Made by a program: the position numbers and the translations under genes. A stretch of DNA of 58,351 bases from an uncultured Gammaproteobacteria bacterium (GTDB lineage Bacteria; Patescibacteriota; Microgenomatia; UBA12405; JAHJSD01): positions 1 through 58,351 of the forward strand of contig CAYXSV010000036.1 in the NCBI GenBank assembly GCA_964468355.1, in the 5' to 3' direction. Below, piece by piece: positions 50,594 to 58,351 of the stretch (within the stretch, counting starts at the first letter, position 1; the number at the start of each line of letters is the position of its first letter). The notes under the pieces are model-generated. The model searched no databases. It saw nothing but the letters and a program-made list of their open reading frames with translations, and was not told the DNA's origin.

Positions 50594-51487
50594 ATGATAA
50601 AAGAGAAAAGAAATATGCCATTAATTTCAGTTATAATGCCAGTTTATAATGCCGGTAATTTTTTAGTAGATTCCATTGAAAGCATTCTCAAACAAACTTA
50701 CGACAACTTTGAATTTATCATTGTTGATGACGGATCGACAGATAATTCATGGCAAATTATTAAAGATTACGCTAAAGAAGATAGTCGAATAAAAAGCTTT
50801 AAAAATAAAAAAAATTTAGGAGTTAGCGTAACATCAAATTTTGCCATCAGTAAAACTAAAGGAAAATACATTGCACGGATGGATGCCGATGATGTTTCGT
50901 TTCCAACTAGGTTTAAAAAACAGTTAAATTTTCTCCAAAAAAATAAGGATACTATTGCTGTCGGCGGCCAATGCATTGTAATTGACGAACAAAACCAAAT
51001 TATAGGCCGAAAAAGATTTCCTACAAAACACGAAAAACTTAAAAAAATGATTTTTAAGGCAGTTCCAATTCAACAACCGAGTTTGATGATTAACACTTCT
51101 CTACTCCCCAACGACTTTAATTGGTATTCGCCAGCATGCACTTCCGCCGAAGAAATCGATGTTTTATTCAAGCTTATGAAATTCGGACAAATTGCCAACT
51201 TAAACGACTGGGTTCTTTTTTACCGCTATCGTCCAAATAGTCTATCTCATATAAATCCCAAACGAACTTTTTGGTTAACTATAAAAAGTAGATTTAAAGC
51301 CGTCCAGCAAGGTTTTAGACCAACACCGGCGGCAATCTTTATAAACTTAGCTCAAATTATAATTATCAGTTTATTACCCAACAAAATAATAACTAAGCTC
51401 TGGTATTTACTAAGGGGAATTAACCAACTGCAATTTGACCTGCCCCTTACAGAAAAAAACATTAAATCTTCTCCCGCAGTAAGTTAA
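50594..51487 (+). CDS. Family 2 glycosyltransferase
   Basis: ISVIMPVYNAGNFL...SIL.QTY.NFEFIIVDDGSTD...ARMDADD (DxD). Confidence 0.88.
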   Translation: MIKEKRNMPLISVIMPVYNAGNFLVDSIESILKQTYDNFEFIIVDDGSTDNSWQIIKDYAKEDSRIKSFKNKKNLGVSVTSNFAISKTKGKYIARMDADDVSFPTRFKKQLNFLQKNKDTIAVGGQCIVIDEQNQIIGRKRFPTKHEKLKKMIFKAVPIQQPSLMINTSLLPNDFNWYSPACTSAEEIDVLFKLMKFGQIANLNDWVLFYRYRPNSLSHINPKRTFWLTIKSRFKAVQQGFRPTPAAIFINLAQIIIISLLPNKIITKLWYLLRGINQLQFDLPLTEKNIKSSPAVS

Positions 51488-51497
51488 AATTAATTAA

Positions 51498-54400
51498 ATG
51501 GTTAATAAAAAGCTGAAAAATTGGCTTGGCCCTTTAACTCTAAGTTTAATTTTGATCATTATCTTTGCCGCCAATTTTTCTCTCCGCACTTATTTAATCG
51601 GTTGGGACAACCTCATGCCGGAGTTGAATATTTGGATGAATATCAAGCGAAGTTTGTTTGCTGTTTGGCAGGAATACCAAGGTTTGGGACTAGTCGGCGG
51701 CATGGGCCATGCAACCGATTTAATCCGGCAGATTATTTTACTCCCCTTTGTCTTAATCCTTCCCAACAACTGGATTCGCTATTTATGGCACTTTGGTATG
51801 CTGGCGCTGGGAACTTTTGGAGTTTACTTTGGAGTGAAAAAAAACTCGGAGGTTTTTGGTCGCTCTGCTCTCATTGCAGCATTATTCTACTTACTAAACT
51901 TTGGCACGATACAAATCTTTTGGGTGCCGTTTGAGGCGTTTACCACTTTTTGGGGTTTTTTTCCCTGGCTGATTTTCAGTTTTTTATCCATTTTTAAAAA
52001 GCCGAACAAAAAAAATTGGATAAAATTCGCTGTTTGGAATATTTTGGCAATTCCAAGTTTTTATATCCAAACTCTATTTGTCGTTTATGGACTGTGTTTG
52101 GGAGTGATTTCTATACCTTGGATCCTGAAACAAGTTCAGGATGACAAGAGGCAGGAAAATTTGATTAAAGCTGGAGTAGTCATTCTTTTTGTCAATTCTT
52201 TCTGGCTGCTGCCTTTTGGTTATTTTTTGCTCACTAACAGCCATCATCCAACTGAAGTACTCATCAACCGAATGTCAACTGAAGAAACTTTTCTCCGCAA
52301 CCAGAGACGCGGTTATCTCGGTGATTTTTTAACTCTCAAGGACTACTACTACGATTTTCCTGATGCCGGCCAGCCGTTAATGGCGCCCTGGCAAAATCAT
52401 TTCTCCTCTACTCCAATAATAATCATTGGATATGTTTTTGGTGCAATTGTAATTTTAGGTTTAATTAAAGCGCCAAATTGGCTAAGAGGCATTTTTTTAC
52501 TTTCAGCAATTGCTTTACTTTCCGCCACTCCCCCATTTTCTTGGCTAAACTACTTATTACGCCTGTCACCGTTTTTAAATCAAGTTTTCAGGTCGCCTTT
52601 CACTAAATTTATCATCCCCGCCGGCTTTAGTTTTGCCGTGCTTTTTAGTTACGGAATTAATTTTATTATTAACCAATTAAAATTTAAAAAACTAATTCTT
52701 GGTATTACCATTTTAGGTCTGATTACTTATACCTGGCCGGTTTTTCAAGGCAATTTAATTTACTCAAAAATGCGCAAACAATTACCCGAAAAATATTTAC
52801 AGTTGATTGATTATTTTAAAAACCAGCCAAAAACCGGCCGGATTGCCAACCTACCCCAAAGCAGTTTTTGGGGATGGACTTTCTATCGCTTCGGCTCCAG
52901 AGGTTCAGGTTTTATTTGGTACGGTATTGAGCAACCGATTGCTGACCGTGCTTTTGACGTCTGGAATTTGAAAAATGAACGTTATTATTGGGAACTAACT
53001 TACGCACTTCAAAATCAGGATTTAAATTTACTAGAATCAATTTTTAATAAATATTCAATAGAATATATTGTTTTTGATGACGAGATAATTTTTCCGGAAA
53101 ATAAAAACTGGGCTAAATTAGCGTTAAAAACAAAAGATTTAATTCAACAAGCGGAATTTTTGGAACACCAAACAACTTTTGATAATATTTTTGTCTATAA
53201 AAAAGTCAAAAAGAGCCAAACTAAGCCCTATCTGACTGCCAACAAAAATTATTATTCTGCTCTCGATCAAATACCTGATTATCAATTAAAAGAAACAGCG
53301 GATTTTCAGCCGCCGGCAAATCAAGAAATTAATCCTGGCCAACTTGAAAAAATAGATGAGATCAATCTCGGTCCTGAAGATTTTATTAATCCTCATCACT
53401 GCGCCGCAATTTTGGATGAAAGCGAAATCAATTACCAAACTAAAAATAACGAAATGATTTTAACCGCAAACCAAACGGCCCTCTGCCTTGACTGGGAAAA
53501 CTACGACTACTTCAACCAATTCCAATCGCCCAAATTAATTGTTATTGAATTTGAATATAAGACGTCGACAGATGAATGGCCGCAATACTGCCTATGGGAC
53601 ATCACCAATAGTGAATGTAAAAATAGAAAAGATTTTCCTAAACAAGGATTCAGTCAGGAGTGGAACACATATTCCGAAACAATAATTTTTAACCCTGAGA
53701 ATGAAAAAATTACTAATTTTTCGCTCATTGCCGATGCTCATCAAAAGGAAAACCAAGAAATAAAATACCGCAATATAAGCATGAAAATATATCAAGCTCC
53801 ACCGGAAATAAAACTGCCGATGACAATTGAAAACCCGATTGAAACAAACCTAGTCCGGCTTCAACCCCAAACCTGCAATGAGTATCAACAAGGCGGATAT
53901 GACTTAGACTTTAATCCGAATAAATATCTGCGGCTTTCATCAGTAAATAATAATTCTTGTTATACTTGGGCTTTCAACCACTTGCCTTTAAATCAATCAT
54001 ATCAGGTAAAAATTAAATATCGTAATGTCAATGGACATCCTTTGACTATTGCTGCCAGTAGTCTAGACGGCCAATACCAAATTTATCAAAATATTCTCAG
54101 TGATAAAAAAGACTGGCAAACAAAATACTTTGTCTTGCCCCCATATAATACTGAACAAAAAGGAATCCAAATTCGGTTCAATAACAACTCTTTTAGCTAT
54201 CAAGAATCAATTAACGACATTGGCTCAATTGAAATCCATCCGGCTGATATTAAATATCCGAATCCACAACCACCAACCGAAAAGTCTTATCTAAAATCAA
54301 AATCAAGCATTTGGAAATATTCTGTTTCTTTAAATGATCAAATGTTAAATAATAAACCTGCCTCGTCAAGTCAAGGCGGGTGGGAAAATAAATACCTGGT

Positions 54401-54659
54401 TCTGCCGCAAGCATATGACAGCGGTTGGACGGCAATTTACTTTGACGGCTGGCGGCCTCGGATCTTAAAAAATCACGTGCTGATTAATAATTGGGCCAAC
54501 GGTTGGTCAGTAGGCCAGTTAAAAGTTCAAAATGAAAAGTTCAAAGTCTATTTAGTATTTTGGCCTCAATTGCTTCAATTCGTCGGCTTTTGCCTGCTAG
54601 CCGGAACAATAGTGTATATTAGTATTAAGTGGTCAAAAAAAAGAAATACATCACTCTGA
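51498..54659 (+). CDS. Large (1053 aa) polytopic membrane protein with a big extracytoplasmic C-terminal region; possible GT-C-type glycosyltransferase
   Basis: About 12 N-terminal TM helices, a long soluble region and a terminal TM helix. Adjacent to the GT2 gene. The function is inferred from architecture only. Confidence 0.45.
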   Translation: MVNKKLKNWLGPLTLSLILIIIFAANFSLRTYLIGWDNLMPELNIWMNIKRSLFAVWQEYQGLGLVGGMGHATDLIRQIILLPFVLILPNNWIRYLWHFGMLALGTFGVYFGVKKNSEVFGRSALIAALFYLLNFGTIQIFWVPFEAFTTFWGFFPWLIFSFLSIFKKPNKKNWIKFAVWNILAIPSFYIQTLFVVYGLCLGVISIPWILKQVQDDKRQENLIKAGVVILFVNSFWLLPFGYFLLTNSHHPTEVLINRMSTEETFLRNQRRGYLGDFLTLKDYYYDFPDAGQPLMAPWQNHFSSTPIIIIGYVFGAIVILGLIKAPNWLRGIFLLSAIALLSATPPFSWLNYLLRLSPFLNQVFRSPFTKFIIPAGFSFAVLFSYGINFIINQLKFKKLILGITILGLITYTWPVFQGNLIYSKMRKQLPEKYLQLIDYFKNQPKTGRIANLPQSSFWGWTFYRFGSRGSGFIWYGIEQPIADRAFDVWNLKNERYYWELTYALQNQDLNLLESIFNKYSIEYIVFDDEIIFPENKNWAKLALKTKDLIQQAEFLEHQTTFDNIFVYKKVKKSQTKPYLTANKNYYSALDQIPDYQLKETADFQPPANQEINPGQLEKIDEINLGPEDFINPHHCAAILDESEINYQTKNNEMILTANQTALCLDWENYDYFNQFQSPKLIVIEFEYKTSTDEWPQYCLWDITNSECKNRKDFPKQGFSQEWNTYSETIIFNPENEKITNFSLIADAHQKENQEIKYRNISMKIYQAPPEIKLPMTIENPIETNLVRLQPQTCNEYQQGGYDLDFNPNKYLRLSSVNNNSCYTWAFNHLPLNQSYQVKIKYRNVNGHPLTIAASSLDGQYQIYQNILSDKKDWQTKYFVLPPYNTEQKGIQIRFNNNSFSYQESINDIGSIEIHPADIKYPNPQPPTEKSYLKSKSSIWKYSVSLNDQMLNNKPASSSQGGWENKYLVLPQAYDSGWTAIYFDGWRPRILKNHVLINNWANGWSVGQLKVQNEKFKVYLVFWPQLLQFVGFCLLAGTIVYISIKWSKKRNTSL
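52122..52142. repeat. Perfect hairpin ATCCTGAA-ACAAG-TTCAGGAT inside the coding sequence (encodes ILKQVQDD)
   Basis: 8-bp perfect stem and 5-nt loop, in a predicted loop between TM helices. Confidence 0.9.
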
Positions 54660-55279
54660 CTCCATTAGAAAAAAAATACCCATATCGCTTGCAATTTATC
54701 CCTAATCCCCCACCAAACTTGTGGATCAAAGGCGATAATTTAGATTTGTTTAATCAACCCACTTTGGCAGTTGTCGGCAGCCGTAAACCGTCAAAATACG
54801 GGCAAAAAGTAACTCAAAAAATTGTTAGTCAATTGGTTAAACGCGGGTTTGTAATTGTATCTGGAATGGCTAGAGGCATTGACTCTATTGCCCACCGATC
54901 AACACTTAAAAATAAAGGTCAAACAATTGCTGTTCTCGGCAGCGGACTTAACGTTATTTACCCTCCCGAAAACAAAAAACTATTTAATCAGATACAACTG
55001 GTTGTTTCTGAATTTCCTCCGTCAACAAAGCCAAAAGGAAATAATTTTCTTTCACGAAACCGGATTATCTCCGGATTGTCTGACGGAGTAGTTGTTATTG
55101 AAGCCGCCCGCAGGTCGGGGACATTAAACACCGCCCGGCACGCCGCTGAACAAGGCAAGGAAGTTTTTGCTGTTCCCGGACCAATAACTTTGCCAACTTC
55201 CGAAGGAACCGCCTGGCTGATTAAACAAGGAGCGAAACTTATATATGACATAGAGGACATTCTTAACGAATTGCCTTAG
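54629..55279 (+). CDS. dprA: DNA-processing protein DprA (short form; GTG start)
   Basis: LAVVGSRKPSKYG, VSGMARGIDSIAHR, AVLGSGL..IYP, and SEFPP...P....F..RNRIISGLS motifs. Confidence 0.85.
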   Translation: MVKKKKYITLTPLEKKYPYRLQFIPNPPPNLWIKGDNLDLFNQPTLAVVGSRKPSKYGQKVTQKIVSQLVKRGFVIVSGMARGIDSIAHRSTLKNKGQTIAVLGSGLNVIYPPENKKLFNQIQLVVSEFPPSTKPKGNNFLSRNRIISGLSDGVVVIEAARRSGTLNTARHAAEQGKEVFAVPGPITLPTSEGTAWLIKQGAKLIYDIEDILNELP

Positions 55280-55281
55280 TT

Positions 55282-55316
55282 ATTTAACATTTACCATTTA
55301 TCAATTAACATTTGAA
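55282..55316. repeat. Heptad array, left arm: ATTTAAC ATTTACC ATTTATC AATTAAC ATTTGAA
   Basis: Abuts the start of the second four-helix-bundle gene. Complementary words occur at 55680-55707. Confidence 0.85.
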
Positions 55317-55317
55317 T

Positions 55318-55667
55318 ATGAAAGAAATAATAATAAAAAGAACTTTTGATCTCTCTTGTCAAACAATAGACCTAATAAAATTACTACCGAAAAACACAAC
55401 TAACTATGTACTAAGAAAACAATTGATCCGATCAGCTTCATCAATTGGAGCTAATTATCGTGAGGCGTTAGAGGCGGAAAGCAAAAGAGATTTTATTCAT
55501 AAATTGGCAATAAGTAAAAAAGAAGCACGTGAAACACTTTACTGGTTAGGACTTATACTCTACAATAATAAATCATTGGAAAAAATATTAGACCCTTAGT
55601 AAAAGAAGTCAAAGAGTTAGTCAAAATTTTCGCCAGCTCAATCAAAACAGGTAAAAAAAATAAATAA
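55318..55667 (+). pseudogene. Four-helix-bundle (IVS protein/Avd-like) gene interrupted by an apparent 1-nt deletion at about 55597
   Basis: Frame A (55318-55599) ends ...EKILDP*. A family-like C-terminus VKEVKELVKIFASSIKTGKKNK* continues in the next frame to 55667. The two parts together give a typical ~115-aa length. Confidence 0.55.
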
Positions 55668-55679
55668 AAATGATTTTCT

Positions 55680-55707
55680 TAAATGTAAAATATAAAATGA
55701 ACAAATG
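55680..55707. repeat. Heptad array, right arm: TAAATGT AAAATAT AAAATGA ACAAATG (runs into the topA ATG)
   Basis: The reverse complement gives CATTTGT TCATTTT ATATTTT ACATTTA, which matches the left-arm word family. Confidence 0.75.
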
Positions 55708-57711
55708 ACCAAATTAATAATCGTTGAATCGCCAACCAAAGCAAAAACAATCGGCCGATATGTTGACAAACAATTTAATATCGTTGCCACTATGGGTCAT
55801 CTGCGTGATTTGCCGAAAAGTAAATTCGGCGTAGAAATTGAAAAGAAAAACGGCGGCTTTCAGTTTGAACCAAACTATACCGTTGGTAAAAACAAACAAA
55901 AATATGCAGCTAAACTAAAAAAAGCGGCTGAAAAAGCAAGTGAAATTTATCTTGCTCCCGACCCCGACCGCGAAGGTGAAGCAATAGCGTATCACACTCA
56001 AAAAATACTCGAAGGTTCAAAAGCTCAAAAGTTCAAAAAAGATGCCTTTAAGAGAGTGACTTTTCATGAAATAACTAAAACTGCAATTCAAAAAGCAATG
56101 GATAACCCGGGAAAAATCGATATGGACTTGGTCGATGCACAACAAGCAAGAAGAATTTTAGACCGCTTGGTTGGATACACTCTTTCTCCGCTTCTGTGGA
56201 AAAAGATACGTCGAGGCTTGTCAGCCGGCCGGGTACAATCAGTTGCCGTCCGTTTAATTGTTGAACGAGAAAGGGAAATCGAAAAGTTTAAAGAAGAGAA
56301 ATTTTACAAAGTTTGGGCCAGTTTTGATAAAAAATTTGTTGCCAATCTGGTTAAAGTCAACGGTGATTCAGTTTCCGTCCGCAAAAAAACAGACCTTTTC
56401 GCCGGCACACATATTTCAACGAAAACAATCCACGACACACCTGAAAAAACTGAAAAAGTTATCAAGGACCTTAAACCCGAGTTTAAAATCACAAAAATTA
56501 GTAAAAAAGACAAGCTTCGTTATCCATTCGCCCCCTACACCACTTCTACTCTAACTCAAGATGCCGCTTATAAATTCCATTGGTCAGCTAAATACACAAT
56601 GAGTATTGCTCAGTCCTTATTTGAAAACGGCCATATTACTTACCACCGAACCGATTCAACAAACTTAAGCAAAGATGCTATTTTTAAGGCCAGAGATATT
56701 ATTAAGGATAAATACGGCAGTAAATACCTTCCTGAGAAACCTAAATTCTATAAAACTAAATCCAAAATCGCTCAGGAGGCACATGAGGCCATCCGACCTA
56801 CGGATGTAAGTGAAAAGTTAAAAGTGAAAAGTGAAAAGTTAAATGAGAAAGAAAAAAAATTATATGATTTAATTTGGAAAAGAACCATTTCTTGCCAAAT
56901 GGCACCAGCGAAATTAGCTAAAACCCGGGTTGATTTAGAAAATGGCAAATATCTCTTTCGCGTTCGCGGCAGTCAAATTAAGTTTGACGGATTTACTAAA
57001 GTTTATCCAGTTACTTTAACAGAAAACTTACTCCCTAAACTTGAAGAAGGTCAAAAAATATCTTCTGATACTTTCGGCATCACCGAGCACGAAACTAGAC
57101 CGCCGGCCCGTTATTCTGAAGCAAGCTTAATCGCTGAACTTGAGGATTACGGTATCGGACGACCGTCAACTTATGCTCCAATTATTTCTACTATCCGCAG
57201 TCGTAACTATGTTGACAAAGAAAAACGACAGTTTAAACCAACGGTTATCGGCACGGTTACCAGTGATTTTCTAGTTAAACACTTTAAGGACATTATGAGC
57301 TTGGAATTTACAGCAGAAATGGAAGATTCTTTGGATGATATTGCCGCCGGTGAAAAAAAATGGCAACCGGTGCTCTCTGAATTCTGGGGACCTTTTCATC
57401 AAAAAACCGAAAAGGTCGAAGAAGAAGCTGACCGGGTTAAAATGCCGGTAGAAAAAACCGATAAAAAATGTCCCGAATGCGAAAAAGGAAACCTGGTAAT
57501 CCGAGTCGGCAAATACGGCAAATTTTTGGCCTGCGACCGGTTTCCGGAATGTAAATATACCGCCGATTTTAATAAAAAAGCCGGATTTGAATGCCCGAAA
57601 TGCGAAGCCGACGTAATCATTAAAAAGACTAAAAAAGGAGCTAAATTTTTCTCCTGCTCCCGTTGGCCATCTTGCGACTGGTCTTCATGGAAAAAGCCGA
57701 AAAAAGCGTAA
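55705..57711 (+). CDS. topA: DNA topoisomerase I with C-terminal C4 zinc ribbons
   Basis: Toprim LIIVESPTKAKTI, DPDREGEAIA, active-site region GHITYHRTDS, and CPECEKG...C..FPEC / CPKCEAD...CSRWPSC. Confidence 0.96.
   Translation: MTKLIIVESPTKAKTIGRYVDKQFNIVATMGHLRDLPKSKFGVEIEKKNGGFQFEPNYTVGKNKQKYAAKLKKAAEKASEIYLAPDPDREGEAIAYHTQKILEGSKAQKFKKDAFKRVTFHEITKTAIQKAMDNPGKIDMDLVDAQQARRILDRLVGYTLSPLLWKKIRRGLSAGRVQSVAVRLIVEREREIEKFKEEKFYKVWASFDKKFVANLVKVNGDSVSVRKKTDLFAGTHISTKTIHDTPEKTEKVIKDLKPEFKITKISKKDKLRYPFAPYTTSTLTQDAAYKFHWSAKYTMSIAQSLFENGHITYHRTDSTNLSKDAIFKARDIIKDKYGSKYLPEKPKFYKTKSKIAQEAHEAIRPTDVSEKLKVKSEKLNEKEKKLYDLIWKRTISCQMAPAKLAKTRVDLENGKYLFRVRGSQIKFDGFTKVYPVTLTENLLPKLEEGQKISSDTFGITEHETRPPARYSEASLIAELEDYGIGRPSTYAPIISTIRSRNYVDKEKRQFKPTVIGTVTSDFLVKHFKDIMSLEFTAEMEDSLDDIAAGEKKWQPVLSEFWGPFHQKTEKVEEEADRVKMPVEKTDKKCPECEKGNLVIRVGKYGKFLACDRFPECKYTADFNKKAGFECPKCEADVIIKKTKKGAKFFSCSRWPSCDWSSWKKPKKA
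56810..56844. repeat. Heptad array GTGAAAA GTTAAAA GTGAAAA GTGAAAA GTTAAAT inside the topA coding sequence
   Basis: Encodes SEKLKVKSEKLN in a region that I recall being variable among TopA proteins. Confidence 0.85.
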
Positions 57712-57734
57712 CATGTAACATGTAAGACGAAATA
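57707..57734. repeat. Heptad array CGTAACA TGTAACA TGTAAGA CGAAATA (solo arm; overlaps the topA stop codon)
   Basis: Same word family and same CGAAAT terminus as the 29425 and 29553 left arms. Confidence 0.85.
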
Positions 57735-57796
57735 TAATCAAAAATTAATTAAATTCAAGTCGGGGATACTATTTCCCGCCAAATTACACTTAAACC

Positions 57797-58048
57797 TTAA
57801 CTCTTATCTCCAAATCTCGCTCTAATTTGTTCCTTTAAATTTTCATTACCAAATCTGCTTACCACACGTCTTGAAATTTCATAACGGTGATCAGCTAGTG
57901 CATGACTTGAGGGTCTTTCTAACAATATTGCTTTGGCACTATTCAAAGCTTGTTTTTCACTAGCCCCACGCCAACCAGAAGGAATTTTTCCCCAATCATT
58001 ATAATTTATCTTTTCAGGCATTAATCTTTCAGTATTATTTGACGCCAT
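57797..58048 (-). CDS. Hypothetical small protein
   Basis: 83-aa ORF, no motif recognised. Confidence 0.3.
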   Translation of the reverse strand: MASNNTERLMPEKINYNDWGKIPSGWRGASEKQALNSAKAILLERPSSHALADHRYEISRRVVSRFGNENLKEQIRARFGDKS

Positions 58049-58081
58049 AGTTTCAAATTATAACATAACCAATATTGACTT

Positions 58082-58351
58082 TCATCTTCTGGGCTGCCTT
58101 GCCATAATTTGTGAACCGCGATGCCATGATTCAACCGATCTCCCCCCTACTGCTTTTGCCACTTCACGTGTTGTTGTATCAAACGAATGTAATTCTTCTG
58201 GAACCGATCTGAGGCCAAGATTTCCTACAACGCGTCTTACTTTTCTCCTAAACCGATAAACCGGGGCACAATATGGAGTTTTCTGCTCGGCAACTTCACA
58301 AAGAGCTTTTCTAACTACAGGCGAAAGACTTTCTTTATTCTTACATCTAGC
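58082..58351 (-). CDS. Hypothetical protein, C-terminal fragment (5' end outside window)
   Basis: The hand-translated minus frame is open from the window edge to TGA (58082-58084): ...CAPVYRFRRKVRRVVGNLGLRSVPEELHSFDTTTREVAKAVGGRSVESWHRG... Confidence 0.3.
   Translation of the reverse strand, partial: ARCKNKESLSPVVRKALCEVAEQKTPYCAPVYRFRRKVRRVVGNLGLRSVPEELHSFDTTTREVAKAVGGRSVESWHRGSQIMARQPRR

Noticed and set aside
51521-51934. 137-aa alternative-frame ORF inside the large membrane protein gene
   Set aside because: It is on the same strand, out of frame, and nested in the 1053-aa CDS. Its translation is not membrane-like and has no start context.
56810-56844. Heptad array in topA interpreted as an inserted extra segment
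   Set aside because: From memory of E. coli TopA, the distance between the conserved EAIRP(T/S)D and KLY.LIW motifs is about the same. There is therefore no net insertion. The periodicity is real, but it occupies an existing variable loop.
1-58351. Alternative genetic code (UGA recoding, as in some candidate phyla)
   Set aside because: Several well-supported genes end at TGA at the expected length (the GH130 fragment, rpsU, the cohesin-LPETG gene). No conserved gene is interrupted by an in-frame TGA.

Overview
AT-rich, gene-dense 58.4-kb window. Gene content suggests a streamlined bacterium of the Candidate Phyla Radiation / Patescibacteria type. This is an inference from the archaeal-type TyrRS, the shortened RF1, EF-Ts and YbeY, the four-helix-bundle 'IVS protein' genes, and the absence of pyrH between tsf and frr. 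The standard code applies, since TGA is used as a stop. I support about 60 CDS and one tRNA-Leu(CAA). I see no rRNA, CRISPR array, transposase or reverse transcriptase. The housekeeping genes fall into five stretches: (1) tyrS, gyrB-ppa-gyrA and a Xer-type recombinase; (2) yebC, rluA, dksA-like, tRNA-Leu and dnaB; (3) hisS, rpmE-prfA, HtrA, an S41 protease, rpsR-ssb-rpsF, cysS, ybaB-dnaX and rpsU-yqeY-ybeY; (4) rseP, frr, tsf-rpsB and dcd-thyX-tmk; (5) a GT2 plus a large membrane protein, dprA and topA. The main candidate system is a 9.5-kb, nine-gene minus-strand operon (29617-39125). It encodes a sortase-anchorable (LPETG) cohesin protein, several cohesin-like and dockerin proteins, two large hyper-cysteine-rich modular proteins and a small 6-Cys peptide precursor. 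Members share an unusual conserved N-terminal post-TM motif (Q-x-Q-E-T-R-R/K-x-A-A) and a Cys-framed dockerin-like C-terminal module. The second recurring signal is a family of degenerate 7-nt-period (G-Y-N-A-A core) arrays. They form imperfect hairpins, bracket both four-helix-bundle genes, occur as 'empty' hairpins elsewhere, and run into the ends of coding sequences. Other points: a REP-like 22-nt hairpin motif at three intergenic sites, genes flanked by exact direct or inverted repeats, consensus promoters placed directly against start codons (likely leaderless mRNAs), an 860-bp gene desert next to the recombinase, and in-frame perfect palindromes inside two genes. All domain calls come from motif recognition by eye and have not been checked against any database.
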